NCBI GenBank assembly: GCA_944393375.1 | Contig: CALXZX010000004.1 | Coordinates: 6,163-70,162, forward strand | DNA: 64,000 bases | DNA from: an uncultured Clostridia bacterium | GTDB taxonomy: Bacteria > Bacillota > Clostridia > TANB77 > CAG-508 | Direction: 5' to 3' | Part shown: piece after piece, positions 53,474 to 64,000 of the stretch | Layout: every line of letters starts with the position of its first letter | Position numbering within the stretch: the first letter of the stretch is position 1 | Made by a program: the position numbers and the translations under genes | Notes under the pieces: generated by a model | The model's input: the letters and a program-made list of their open reading frames with translations, nothing else | Database searches by the model: none | What the model was told of the DNA's origin: nothing

Positions 53474-54223
53474 CTATTTTTTATGATAAATTTTTAAAAT
53501 TTCATCTGTATAATTTCCATTTTCATCATAAATATATAAATTAGATTCTAATTTTAAAAATGGTCTTGCATTTTTAACGCCTTCTACTAATACTAATTTA
53601 GATACAGCATAAATATTTGAATACACAAATCGAATTCTTTTCGGTTCTATTTTATATTTCCTCATAATAGATAACAAATCTACTAATCTTTCTGGTCTAT
53701 AAACAATATAAAATTCTCCTTTATCTTTTAACATATCTTTAGAAATCTTTATGAAACCTTCTAAATTGGCCTCTATTTCATGTCTAGAAATTAATTTTCT
53801 TGTATCTTCATTTTGTATTCCCGTTTCTTTCTTTTTATATGGTGGATTTGTCACAATGGCATCAAATGTATTTTTTTCAAAATAATTATTTAAATTTAGT
53901 ATATTATCTTGTATCATTTTAAATTTATCCTCTAAATGATTTAATTGTATACTTCTTTTTGCCATTTCATAAACTTCTTCTTGGACTTCTATTCCCGTTA
54001 TTTCAGATAATTCTGTTTTTCCACATAATAAAGTCGCAATAATACCTGTTCCAGTTCCTAAATCTAATACTTTTGCCCCTTTTTTTATTTTTTTAGCAAA
54101 ATCTGAGAGCAAGATACTATCAATTCCAAAACAAAATCCATCTTTATTTTGGATAATTTTTAGTCCTTTATATTCTAAATCATCTATTCTCTCATTTTCT
54201 TTCAATTCTATATTTTCTTTCAT
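53474..54223 (-). CDS. tRNA1(Val) A37 N6-methyltransferase-like (YabB)
   Basis: DLGTGTG, NPPY and RHE motifs; upstream of rsmI. Confidence 0.88.
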   Translation of the reverse strand: MKENIELKENERIDDLEYKGLKIIQNKDGFCFGIDSILLSDFAKKIKKGAKVLDLGTGTGIIATLLCGKTELSEITGIEVQEEVYEMAKRSIQLNHLEDKFKMIQDNILNLNNYFEKNTFDAIVTNPPYKKKETGIQNEDTRKLISRHEIEANLEGFIKISKDMLKDKGEFYIVYRPERLVDLLSIMRKYKIEPKRIRFVYSNIYAVSKLVLVEGVKNARPFLKLESNLYIYDENGNYTDEILKIYHKK

Positions 54224-54357
54224 CTTTATTCCTTTACATTTATCTTACTTTTGGTCATATTGTATCACATTTACATAATACTTGTAAATATTTCTTTTCA
54301 TAACATCTTTTTTTATATTTCATATACTATTTATATAAATACTTTTTTTGAGGTGAT

Positions 54358-54543
54358 TTGATGAATAAAAGAACTATAAAACCAATTGAAAATAGAGGTG
54401 GAAAATGTCCACCCCCTACAAAGAAATTTAATTTTAAATGTTGTAAAGATAATACCATTAAGTCTTTACGCGAAGTTGAATATTTTTTAAATCATTTTCA
54501 TCGATTTATTAAGTATATTAAATTGTATAAAATATTAAAGTAA
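54358..54543 (+). CDS. Small basic hypothetical protein
   Basis: 61 aa ORF with GAGGTG RBS. Confidence 0.5.
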   Translation: MMNKRTIKPIENRGGKCPPPTKKFNFKCCKDNTIKSLREVEYFLNHFHRFIKYIKLYKILK

Positions 54544-54560
54544 ATATATAAATATTTATT

Positions 54561-55106
54561 TTATTCTTCTTGTATTAATGAATATACTTCATTAAATTCT
54601 TCATTTTCTTCTCCATCAATTAGGATTTTGATAGAATTTACCTCTGTTAATTGTGTTAATGTTTTTACTAAACTATCAATGATATTCTGCTTTATAGTTG
54701 TATCTTCTTTATTATAATTTAAAAATTCACTTGAAAAATCCAAATACACCATATCTTTTTCTTTATATGTTTGATTCAATTTTGTATTTTCCGGAATTAA
54801 CCTTGTGTATTTTTCATTTTTAGGACCTTCTATTAACATATTTACCAATTTATCATAAGGTGTATTCATAATTTCTTTAATATCTACTAATCTCGCTTCA
54901 GGTGCTAATTCATTTGTTTCTTTTTCTAAGAAATATAGACTTACGATTGTCTGCCTATTTTGTTCTTCTGTAATTTCTTCTTCTGGTGTAATTTCTTCTA
55001 TTGCTGTCTCATTTTCCTGACCTTTAAAATAATTGATAATAAAATATCCTCCTACTAATATAATAATTAATAAAATGGTAAAAATAATCACTATTTTTTT
55101 ATTCAT
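54561..55106 (-). CDS. GerMN domain protein
   Basis: TM followed by LYF...L.PE.R, LIEGP, LDFS.EF and TLTQL.EV..IKILIDG motifs. Confidence 0.85.
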   Translation of the reverse strand: MNKKIVIIFTILLIIILVGGYFIINYFKGQENETAIEEITPEEEITEEQNRQTIVSLYFLEKETNELAPEARLVDIKEIMNTPYDKLVNMLIEGPKNEKYTRLIPENTKLNQTYKEKDMVYLDFSSEFLNYNKEDTTIKQNIIDSLVKTLTQLTEVNSIKILIDGEENEEFNEVYSLIQEE

Positions 55107-55364
55107 ATTATTTTCATTCCTTTCTTTCTATTTTATTAAATTTATTTATTACCTATTTTATTGTTTGTTTGTCCTTTTTAGAACTAAAGATACTTAGAAA
55201 AAAACATAAATAAATATAATAAAATTTTTTAATCAAGTGACTAAAAAAATTTATATTTTCTTGCTAACTTTTACAACATTTTCCATTTGACAAAAGTGGC
55301 TTTTCCGTATACAATTAAGGTGGTTTATTATGAAAAAATTATATACAAAAAAGGAGTTTTTGTC

Positions 55365-58300
55365 ATGAATGAAATATTACATGTTGGACTTGATGTTGGG
55401 TCTACAACAGTTAAAATAATTGTAATGAATGATAATAAAGATACTATATACTCAGATTATCGTAGACATTTTTCAGATACCAAAAAAACAGTTTGTGATG
55501 TATTAGAAGAGTTATTACTAAAATATCCTTCTTCATCTTTTACTGTTGCATTGACAGGTTCTGGAGCAATGTCTTCTGCTAAGTTTTTAGGGGTGGATTT
55601 TATCCAAGAAGTTGTTTCTTGTAAAAGAGTTATTGAAAAGTACTACCCTAAAACAGATGTTGTAATAGAATTAGGTGGTGAAGATGCCAAAATTATCTAT
55701 TTTGATAATTCTATTGAGCAAAGAATGAATGGTACTTGTGCTGGTGGTACTGGTGCCTTTTTGGACCAAATGGCTTCTTTATTACATACAGATACAGCAG
55801 GTTTAAACGAATTAGCAAAAGGATATCAAACCATTTATCCAATTGCTTCTCGTTGTGGCGTTTTTGCGAAAACCGATATACAACCTTTAATTAATGAAGG
55901 TGCTGCAAAAGAAGACATTGCTGCTTCTATTTTTCAAGCAGTTGTTAACCAAACCATTAGTGGATTGGCTTGTGGTAGACCAATTAGAGGAAATGTTGCC
56001 TTTTTAGGTGGACCTTTAAGTTATCTTCCAGAGTTAAGAAAACGTTTTATAGAAACACTACATTTAACAGATGATGAAATCATTATACCAGACAATGCAC
56101 ATTTATTAGTTGCAAAAGGTGCTGCTTTGGATTCATTTAATACAGAAGTGATTACCCCTAATGAATTAGAAAAGAAAATAGAAAATTTTAAAAACTCACA
56201 TGATACAACCACACAACCACTTGACCCTTTATTTAAAGATGAAGCTGAATATGAAGCTTTTAAAGAAAGACATAATAAAGCAACTGTTCCTTCAAAACCA
56301 TTAGAAAATTATGAAGGTGATTGTTTCTTAGGAATTGATGCAGGTTCTACAACCACAAAACTTGTATTAATTGATAGAGATGGTAACCTATTATATTCTT
56401 TATATGGTAGCAATGAAGGTAATCCATTACAAAGTGTTATGAATATGTTAAGAAAACTATATAAGGTATTACCTGAAAAAGCCATCTTAAGATATAGTGG
56501 TGTTACAGGTTATGGAGAAAAATTAATCCAAACAGCTTTAAATGTTGATCTAAATGAAATTGAGACAATTGCCCATTATACAGCAGCCAAAACATTTGAA
56601 CCAGATGTAACCAGTATTGTGGATATTGGTGGGCAAGATATGAAATATATTAGAATTAAAAATGGTTCTATTGATAATATCATGTTAAATGAAGCTTGTT
56701 CTTCTGGATGTGGTTCTTTTATAGAAACATTTGCAAAAAGTTTAAATTTAGAAATATCTGAATTTGTTAAAGAAGCACTAAAATCAAGAAGACCTGTTGA
56801 TTTAGGTTCAAGATGTACCGTATTTATGAATTCAAAAATCAAACAAGCACAAAAAGAAGGCTATTCTGTTGGAGATATTTCTAGTGGATTGTCATATTCT
56901 GTTATCAAAAATGCCATTCAAAAAGTTATGAAAGTTAGAGATGTTGAAACATTAGGAAAACATATTGTTGTTCAAGGTGGTACTTTCTATAATGATGCTG
57001 TCCTTAGAGCTTTTGAATTAATTGTTGGTAAAAATGTTGTAAGACCAAATATCGCTGGATTAATGGGAGCTTACGGAATGGCTTTACTATCAAAAGAACA
57101 ATATGAAGCTAACTTAGATATGGAATATACATCTACTATCTTAAAAGAAGATGAATTAGATAATTTAAAAATTAAAATTACACATACCCATTGTAATAAC
57201 TGTGAAAACCATTGTAAATTAACCATTAATAAGTTTAGTAACGGACAAATCCATGTAACAGGTAATCGTTGCGAAAAAGGTGCAGGTATTGTTACAAAAT
57301 CTAAAAATTTACCAAACTTAGTACAATACAAATATGAAAGAATTTTTGATTATACACCATTAGAAGAACAATATGCAACTAGAGGAACCATTGGAATCCC
57401 TAGGGTTTTGAATATGTATGAGGATTATCCTTTCTGGTTTACTTTCCTTACAAGTTTAGGATTTAGAGTTATTATCTCTGAAAAGAGTACCAGAAAAACT
57501 TATGAAAAAGGTATGGAATCTATGCCTTCAGAATCAGTATGTTATCCAGCAAAACTTTCACATGGACATATCGAAAGTTTATTAGAGCAAGGAATTAAAA
57601 CGATCTTTTATCCTTGTATGCCATATTCTAGAAAAGAATATGAAAAAGCAGATAACCATTATAACTGTCCGATTGTTATTTCTTATTCTGAGGTATTGAA
57701 AAATAATGTAGAAGGATTAAAAGACCCTACCGTAAAATTCTTAAATCCATTTTTACCTTTTGATAAGAAAAACTTAGTAAAGAAGCTATTAGAATTAGAT
57801 GAATTTAAACAATATAATTTTACAAAAGAAGAATTAAATGAAGCAGCTGATAAAGCAGAACAAGAATATCAAAAATGTAAAGAAGATATTCGTAGAAAAG
57901 GTGCTGAAACGGTAAAATACATAGAAGAAAACCATTTAAAAGGTATTGTGTTAGCTGGTCGTCCATATCATGTTGACCCAGAAATCAATCACGGTATTGA
58001 TACATTAATTACTTCATTAGGATTATGTGTTTTAACAGAAGACAGTATTTCAAATCAAACAGAAGTAAAAAGACCAATTCGTGTTGTTGACCAATGGGTA
58101 TTCCACGCAAGACTTTATGCTGCTGCAGATTTTGTTGGAAAACATGACTGTCTAGAATTAGTCCAATTAAATTCTTTTGGATGTGGTGTTGATGCTGTTA
58201 CAACAGACCAAGTAGAAGAAATCTTATCTAGTTATGATAAAATGTATACATTAATTAAAATTGATGAAGTCAATAACTTAGGGGCTGTTAGAATTCGTAT

Positions 58301-59717
58301 CCGTTCATTACTTGCTAGTATGAACAAACGTGAAAAAGAAAAAAGAGAAAATCATTCTACTGGTGATTATGAACAACATAAAAAAATCTTTACAAAAGAT
58401 ATGAAGAAGGATTATACCATTTTAGTTCCACAAATGGCACCAATCCATTTTGAATTATTAGAAGCTGCTGTACAATCTAGTGGATATAAAGTGGAATTAC
58501 TAAGAGAATGTACACAAAAAACAGTAGAAACCGGATTAAAATATGTGAATAATGATGCTTGTTATCCATCTATCTTAGTGACTGGACAAATGATTGAAGC
58601 ACTTCAATCTGGTAAATATGATTTAAATAGAACAGCTTTAATTATGTCTCAAACAGGTGGAGGATGTAGAGCAACCAATTATATAGGATTTATTAGAAAA
58701 GCTCTTAAAGATGCAGGATTTGAAAATATACCAGTTATTTCATTTAATATTGTTGGTATGGAAAAAATGCCAGGATTTAAAATAACAGTACCATTAATTG
58801 AACGCTTATTAAAAACCATTTTATATGGTGATTTATTACAAAAAATGTTAACAAAAAATAGAGCTTATGAAAAAAATAAAGGTGAAACACAAAAATTATT
58901 TGATGAGTGGATGGAAAAATGTAAAAAATTACTTCAAAAATCATCAACCAAAGAATTTAAACAAAGTATTTACGATATTGTAAATAGCTTTGAAAAAATA
59001 GAATTAGATACATCTATTGAAAAACCTAGAGTTGGTATTGTTGGAGAAGTTCTTATCAAATATCATCCATTTGGAAATAATCATGTTGCCGATTTACTAG
59101 AAAAAGAAGGCGCTGAAGTTATTTTACCTGATTTTATGGGATTTGTTAAATTTATGGCTACACATAAAATTACATTTAATACTTTATTAAATACCAATAA
59201 AACTTCTTCAAAAATTATGAAAGCTGCTATTAAACTAATTGATATATTAGAAAAAGATATGAAAATTGCTTTAGCAAATTCTAAAAAAGGCTATTTACCA
59301 CCTTGCGATATTTGGCATTTAGAAGATAAAGTAAAAGATGTTTTATCTATCGGAAATCAAACTGGTGAAGGTTGGTTCTTAACAGCTGAAATGATTGAAT
59401 ATATTGAACATGATATTCCAAATATTATCTGTGTGCAACCATTTGCTTGTTTACCAAATCATGTTGTTGGTAAAGGTGTTATCAAAACCATTAGAGAAAA
59501 ATATCCAGATGCCAATATTTCACCAGTAGATTATGATCCTGGTGCTAGTGAAACAAACCAAGCAAATAGAATTAAATTATTAATGACTGTTGCTAAGGAT
59601 AATTTAAAAACAAAACAAGCTAGAAAAGCAGCAATTGAGAAAGAAAACAAGACTGAAACTGAAGCAGTACAACAACCAAATGAAACGAAAGAAATCGAAA
59701 AATCTCAAAAAAGTTAA
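55365..59717 (+). CDS. 2-hydroxyacyl-CoA dehydratase activase fusion protein (two BadF/BcrAD ATPase domains plus DUF2229-like region)
   Basis: GLDVGSTT, ELGGED and CAGGTG, then GIDAGSTT, DIGGQD and CSSGCG; GRPYH and QPFACLPNH motifs; ATG at 55365 after AAGGAG. Confidence 0.88.
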   Translation: MNEILHVGLDVGSTTVKIIVMNDNKDTIYSDYRRHFSDTKKTVCDVLEELLLKYPSSSFTVALTGSGAMSSAKFLGVDFIQEVVSCKRVIEKYYPKTDVVIELGGEDAKIIYFDNSIEQRMNGTCAGGTGAFLDQMASLLHTDTAGLNELAKGYQTIYPIASRCGVFAKTDIQPLINEGAAKEDIAASIFQAVVNQTISGLACGRPIRGNVAFLGGPLSYLPELRKRFIETLHLTDDEIIIPDNAHLLVAKGAALDSFNTEVITPNELEKKIENFKNSHDTTTQPLDPLFKDEAEYEAFKERHNKATVPSKPLENYEGDCFLGIDAGSTTTKLVLIDRDGNLLYSLYGSNEGNPLQSVMNMLRKLYKVLPEKAILRYSGVTGYGEKLIQTALNVDLNEIETIAHYTAAKTFEPDVTSIVDIGGQDMKYIRIKNGSIDNIMLNEACSSGCGSFIETFAKSLNLEISEFVKEALKSRRPVDLGSRCTVFMNSKIKQAQKEGYSVGDISSGLSYSVIKNAIQKVMKVRDVETLGKHIVVQGGTFYNDAVLRAFELIVGKNVVRPNIAGLMGAYGMALLSKEQYEANLDMEYTSTILKEDELDNLKIKITHTHCNNCENHCKLTINKFSNGQIHVTGNRCEKGAGIVTKSKNLPNLVQYKYERIFDYTPLEEQYATRGTIGIPRVLNMYEDYPFWFTFLTSLGFRVIISEKSTRKTYEKGMESMPSESVCYPAKLSHGHIESLLEQGIKTIFYPCMPYSRKEYEKADNHYNCPIVISYSEVLKNNVEGLKDPTVKFLNPFLPFDKKNLVKKLLELDEFKQYNFTKEELNEAADKAEQEYQKCKEDIRRKGAETVKYIEENHLKGIVLAGRPYHVDPEINHGIDTLITSLGLCVLTEDSISNQTEVKRPIRVVDQWVFHARLYAAADFVGKHDCLELVQLNSFGCGVDAVTTDQVEEILSSYDKMYTLIKIDEVNNLGAVRIRIRSLLASMNKREKEKRENHSTGDYEQHKKIFTKDMKKDYTILVPQMAPIHFELLEAAVQSSGYKVELLRECTQKTVETGLKYVNNDACYPSILVTGQMIEALQSGKYDLNRTALIMSQTGGGCRATNYIGFIRKALKDAGFENIPVISFNIVGMEKMPGFKITVPLIERLLKTILYGDLLQKMLTKNRAYEKNKGETQKLFDEWMEKCKKLLQKSSTKEFKQSIYDIVNSFEKIELDTSIEKPRVGIVGEVLIKYHPFGNNHVADLLEKEGAEVILPDFMGFVKFMATHKITFNTLLNTNKTSSKIMKAAIKLIDILEKDMKIALANSKKGYLPPCDIWHLEDKVKDVLSIGNQTGEGWFLTAEMIEYIEHDIPNIICVQPFACLPNHVVGKGVIKTIREKYPDANISPVDYDPGASETNQANRIKLLMTVAKDNLKTKQARKAAIEKENKTETEAVQQPNETKEIEKSQKS

Positions 59718-59727
59718 TCGGTTAAAT

Positions 59728-59756
59728 TTGATATATTTTCTAAATTATTGTATACT
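59728..59756 (+). promoter_or_regulatory. Sigma-A-like promoter for a ~200-nt plus-strand RNA
   Basis: TTGATA-17 nt-TATACT. Confidence 0.55.
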
Positions 59757-59849
59757 ATGTATAAGAAGAAATTTTTATGAGGTCTTTCATATAAAATCAT
59801 AAAAAATAAGGGAAGTTGTGAAGTGAACCTAAATTATTAGACAAAAAGT

Positions 59850-59930
59850 TTAATAAGGAGGGTTCATTTTTATGCATTGCATGATTTCTAGAAGTATTAG
59901 AAGCTTTAATATTTTTATGAAATCCTTCAT
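59850..59930 (-). CDS. Candidate small hydrophobic peptide (type I toxin-like, 26 aa)
   Basis: MKDFIKILKLLILLEIMQCIKMNPPY; strong AAGGAGGTGA RBS inside a 12-bp stem. Confidence 0.45.
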   Translation of the reverse strand: MKDFIKILKLLILLEIMQCIKMNPPY

Positions 59931-60043
59931 TATAAAATCACCTCCTTTATGAAGGTGGTTTTATTCTACAATAAATATTTACTTTATGTATCATCTTTAT
60001 ATATAATTATAAATAATTTTTATTGATAGCTTAATATTACTAT

Positions 60044-60478
60044 TTATTTGTCTATTTTCTTAATTATTTCTTTTATTTGCTTTTTTGTAGTTTCATATCC
60101 AATCTCATATAGTTCCTCTATCTTATCCATATCTAATAACCCTATTTTTTCTGTATAGACTTCTAATAAATAGTCTGTCCCATCCCATTCATAATTTGAT
60201 AATTCATTACTTAATAAACCAATTGATCTTGCAGCCACATCAATAATATTCATACAACATTCTTTGTCAAATTTTTCTTTAAACACTACACTAATTACTT
60301 TATCTGTACCAATTTCTTTTAATTCTCTCCATGGTGCATTTTCTCGAATTCCTCCATCTATTAATTTTACGTTATCAATTTCACAAGGTGAAAAAATAAC
60401 TGGATAACTACAACTTGCTCTGACTGCTTTTCCAATATCTGTAAGGTGATTCTTTATTTTGAGTTGATTCCTTATCAT
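60044..60478 (-). pseudogene. C-terminal fragment of a patatin-like phospholipase
   Basis: AVRASCSYP.IF.P and LIDGGIREN motifs are present; no N-terminal Gly-rich loop or GxSxG, and the next gene starts 35 bp away. Confidence 0.65.
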
Positions 60479-60513
60479 TTTTATGGTATTATTTATAAGA
60501 AAGGATTATTGCT

Positions 60514-61191
60514 ATGGAGAAAAATTATTATGAAATATTAGAAGTGGACAAAAATGCATCCCCAGAAATTATAGAAAAAGCTTATAGAACACTTGCTAAA
60601 AAATATCATCCTGATTTACAGGATGATATAAACAAAAAAGAATCTGAAGAACTTTTCAAACAAATCAACCAAGCTTATGAAATATTATCAGATCCCAATA
60701 GTAGACATCTATATGATGAAAAATTGAATACTAACATTATTTCTTTAGAACAATATGATACATTATATAAACAAAATCAATTATTGAAAAAACAAGTAAC
60801 TGATTTGCAAACATATGTTAATCAGTTAAACACTTATATAACAAATAATGCCAAACAAAATTATAATAAATTTTCTGAAGAAACTTATCATAATACAAAT
60901 AATTTTTATTCACACCCATATACAAAATCTAATAAAGAAAAAAAAGGACCATCTACTAATACTTCTGATTCTAATCAATATACACAAAATTTTACTGATG
61001 ATAACTATACAGATGAATATGAAAAATCTATTGGAGATTATATCAAAGGATTTATATCTATTATAATCGTAATTTTCATATTATTCATTTTGTGGCATAT
61101 TCCCTTTATACATAATTATTTTGTGGAATTCTATGAAAATAATGAAGTCCTTCAATCTTTGGGCGATATATTAGCAAATATTTTTAATTAA
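60514..61191 (+). CDS. J-domain protein with C-terminal TM
   Basis: NYYEILEV...YHPD...[10 protein letters not shown], then a coiled coil and a C-terminal TM. Confidence 0.85.
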   Translation: MEKNYYEILEVDKNASPEIIEKAYRTLAKKYHPDLQDDINKKESEELFKQINQAYEILSDPNSRHLYDEKLNTNIISLEQYDTLYKQNQLLKKQVTDLQTYVNQLNTYITNNAKQNYNKFSEETYHNTNNFYSHPYTKSNKEKKGPSTNTSDSNQYTQNFTDDNYTDEYEKSIGDYIKGFISIIIVIFILFILWHIPFIHNYFVEFYENNEVLQSLGDILANIFN

Positions 61192-61268
61192 TTTACAATA
61201 AATTATTTTTTTATATAATTAACAAATAGAGGTATTTATAAATATTTTTTATAAATACCTCTATTTAA

Positions 61269-62600
61269 CTATATTACTTCAAATGAAAGAGTAAACTCAT
61301 AATTATCTTTTAACTGCATTACAAAATTCCAAGTATATATATATCCAGATCCTCCAGTTCCTTTTGTTTCATCTACATATTTTCCTTCAGATAAATCTGT
61401 AAGTTTAACAGTACATGAATATATGTTACCATTTACATCAAAGCTTTCGAAACTCAAATCATTATATCTATACATATTATTTTGCACATATTGTTTAAAT
61501 TCATCTAAAGTGTTAAAATAATTATTTTTAAAATTATCATCTAATACATTATATGCAGCTTCATAATCTTGATTGTTTATCATTAAGATAAATTTATCAA
61601 TATTCATTTGTACTTTTGTTTGGTCACTTCCATTATCGTATTCTTGTTTAAATTTATCTGTCATGATTGTATAAGTATCTAATTTTAATGTATATTCCAT
61701 TGGGTATGTTTCTTCAAAAATATATAAATTTCCAAACTGGTCTTTGCAAACATATTGTTTATATGTGTCATAATCATTAACCAAATATTGTACAAAATTT
61801 TCATTTCCAAATGTTTCTTGTTTTTCTTCTCTATATATTTCAAAATTTTCTAAACTGCCAAATCTTTTTTCTTTATATTCTTCATCTAACATTACATATG
61901 CTTCTTCTACATTATTATTTAAAGCATTCTTGTAATCTTCCATATGTTTTAAACATATATCATAATCTGTTGTTGTTTTTACATATAATTGGTTATATTC
62001 TTTATTTTCTATTTCAAATTCTTCTATATCTACGTTAGTACTATCTTCTATGATTGTATTAAATTGATTTTCATCTAAAAATTGTATACTGTATGTTTGA
62101 TTTAAAGAATCTTCTTTTAGCAATATATATACATATTCTAATTGTCCATTCATTCTAAGTACACCTTTGATATAGTAAAAAACATTTGCCATTCCCTCTG
62201 ATTCTGTTATTTTTTTATTATACATATTTTTTGTAGAATAACTATTATAATCTCTATATTTCTCAAAAAAGGTTAGAACATTATCTTTGGTTATTGAATT
62301 TTCATTTATATATTCTTCATCCAAAACAAAATATGCTGCTTCTGCATTATTGATATTTTCATTATTCTGAGAAATATGCAAGAAAAAGTTGTCTATCATT
62401 TCATCAATTAACATATATGTACCTATTGATTCTTCTTTTTCTAACGGAATTTTTTGTGTTACTGAAATGTCTCTAACAGCTAATGATGCATCCTCTTTTT
62501 TATTTTCTGAATAATAGTTGTTTAATAATATAAGGATTAATAACAAAATAATAATTACAAATATTATTATAACCATTTTTAATTTTTTCAAATCATACAC
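61269..62600 (-). CDS. Membrane-anchored hypothetical protein with three repeated 'AY..LD.EY/F' (NTF2-like) modules
   Basis: AAYFVLDEEY, EAYVMLDEEY and AAYNVLDDNF internal repeats. Confidence 0.65.
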   Translation of the reverse strand: MYDLKKLKMVIIIFVIIILLLILILLNNYYSENKKEDASLAVRDISVTQKIPLEKEESIGTYMLIDEMIDNFFLHISQNNENINNAEAAYFVLDEEYINENSITKDNVLTFFEKYRDYNSYSTKNMYNKKITESEGMANVFYYIKGVLRMNGQLEYVYILLKEDSLNQTYSIQFLDENQFNTIIEDSTNVDIEEFEIENKEYNQLYVKTTTDYDICLKHMEDYKNALNNNVEEAYVMLDEEYKEKRFGSLENFEIYREEKQETFGNENFVQYLVNDYDTYKQYVCKDQFGNLYIFEETYPMEYTLKLDTYTIMTDKFKQEYDNGSDQTKVQMNIDKFILMINNQDYEAAYNVLDDNFKNNYFNTLDEFKQYVQNNMYRYNDLSFESFDVNGNIYSCTVKLTDLSEGKYVDETKGTGGSGYIYTWNFVMQLKDNYEFTLSFEVI

Positions 62601-62606
62601 CTCACA

Positions 62607-64000
62607 TTATTTAGAATAGTCTGTTCCTCCATTCCATCCCCAGCCTTTCCATCCAAAAGATGCTATCCATGAATCTAGACTTTCTATTCTAATTCCTCCG
62701 ACATTTGAAGCCACTTGTCCATTTCCTATATAAATTCCTACATGTCCTGCATCTCTGCCACAATCACAATACACTGTAGGATTTGAATATCCGTAAACTG
62801 CTGCTCCTAACGGTATATTATTTTGTTCTGTTGATACCATCCATTTATCTGCAGCACTTGATGCACAACAACTTGATATTCTAGATTGTCCTGCTCTTTC
62901 ATATACGTCTGCCACCCATGCTTGACACATTCCTCCTGCATTTCCTAAAGTATCTTGTGAAGAAGCAATTTCTACAATTTTAGCTTGCATTTCAGTTGCT
63001 TCTCCATCATTATAAGAAGTTCCTCCTGTGCATCCAAAGATATTTGTCATATGTTGTTTTACAGCATTTGCCCAATTATCATCACTAGCATATCTACATC
63101 CTATTCCCTCTACCGTTGTTGGATCATATCCTTTATCAATTATCCATTGATACCATTGTCCATCAGGAGACACGTAATTTCTAGCTAAACCACTACTAAC
63201 ATCTTCTATTCCTTCAGACATATCTGCAAATTCAAAAGCACTTCCTCCTGGGTCCCAGTCATATGCTCCCCATCCGAAAAAATTACCTTTCTCATTTGCA
63301 ATGTTGGAAGTTCCATAATAACTTTCATGAATTCCTATACAAAAGATAAACCTAGGGTCCATACCATTTCTTGTGCAAATATCAAAGAAGTTTTCTGCAT
63401 TTGCTACAAAATATCTTTGATAACATTCCACACATGATCTGCCACTATTTCCTGTAACATTCGGTGGAGTATATGCCTCTACTGCTGCAATAAATTCTTC
63501 TTTTGTATAATCTCCCTGCCATAAAACTGACCAAGCTCCTCCTGTATTAGCAAAACTTCCATTTACAAATTCTTCAAAATTAAATTCTTCAACGCCATAG
63601 CTGTCTCCTGTTAATAGATATAATAAGTATCTCATCAAGTTTTCATGATTTTGTGTCTTTTCTAGACTTCCTAATAATTCAAATAACATTTCATGTGCAT
63701 CTACAAGATTGTCCAGTGGACATTGATATCCTATATTAGGAACATTATAACAAACTCTCCTTCCATTCATAATAATATCTAGTTCATCATCTTGAGCAAA
63801 ATTATCACTATTATCATTTACACTTCCATTTTCCACAAAATATGCATTTACCATTCTTGATATATCTGCTATTCTTCTTCCTGCTTCTGCTTTATCTGTA
63901 ACATCTGTTGCAGAAACGACTAGCAAATAATTTGCATTTTCTATAGAAACAATTGCTGCATCTTGTAAAATATTCATTTGTTCTCCTGTTTTATTGGCTA
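62607..64000 (-). CDS. Peptidoglycan hydrolase: GH73/glucosaminidase-like plus C-terminal CHAP/NlpC-like Cys-His domain (possibly 5'-partial)
   Basis: IGIHESYYG..NFFGWGAYD and YASD..WA; CQAWV...GHVGIY motifs. The frame stays open to the window end (ATG 63977 also has an AGGAG RBS). Confidence 0.75.
   Translation of the reverse strand, partial: ANKTGEQMNILQDAAIVSIENANYLLVVSATDVTDKAEAGRRIADISRMVNAYFVENGSVNDNSDNFAQDDELDIIMNGRRVCYNVPNIGYQCPLDNLVDAHEMLFELLGSLEKTQNHENLMRYLLYLLTGDSYGVEEFNFEEFVNGSFANTGGAWSVLWQGDYTKEEFIAAVEAYTPPNVTGNSGRSCVECYQRYFVANAENFFDICTRNGMDPRFIFCIGIHESYYGTSNIANEKGNFFGWGAYDWDPGGSAFEFADMSEGIEDVSSGLARNYVSPDGQWYQWIIDKGYDPTTVEGIGCRYASDDNWANAVKQHMTNIFGCTGGTSYNDGEATEMQAKIVEIASSQDTLGNAGGMCQAWVADVYERAGQSRISSCCASSAADKWMVSTEQNNIPLGAAVYGYSNPTVYCDCGRDAGHVGIYIGNGQVASNVGGIRIESLDSWIASFGWKGWGWNGGTDYSK

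Overview
Very AT-rich chromosomal segment of a spore-forming Clostridia-like Firmicute (spoIIR, spmAB, sleB-ypeB, sspF-like, GerMN, abrB). Most of it is housekeeping: radC-mreBCD-pbp2-minC, pcrA, prfA, ddl-murF, dnaX-ybaB-recR, SRP RNA, tadA, tRNA-Arg(CCU), ttcA, murA-walJ-rlmH, rsmI. It also has an orphan VirD4-like coupling protein and several secreted or wall-active proteins. Main observation: four unrelated genes (mreB, a ZIP metal transporter, the VirD4-like ATPase, walJ/yycJ) are each broken by a +1 frameshift at the same signal. In each, an in-frame CGG codon is followed by a purine, and skipping the C gives a GGA/GGG glycine codon that restores a conserved motif and a normal protein length. 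In a manual scan these were the only in-frame CGG codons in the window's credible genes, while about 70 out-of-frame CGG triplets cause no disruption. This suggests a genome-wide rule in which CGG(R) is read as a 4-nt glycine or obligatory +1 shift; a systematic sequencing error cannot be excluded without reads. Secondary candidates: a type I toxin-antitoxin-like locus, a 37-bp perfect inverted-repeat element from a small REP/MITE-like family, and WalR-like boxes.
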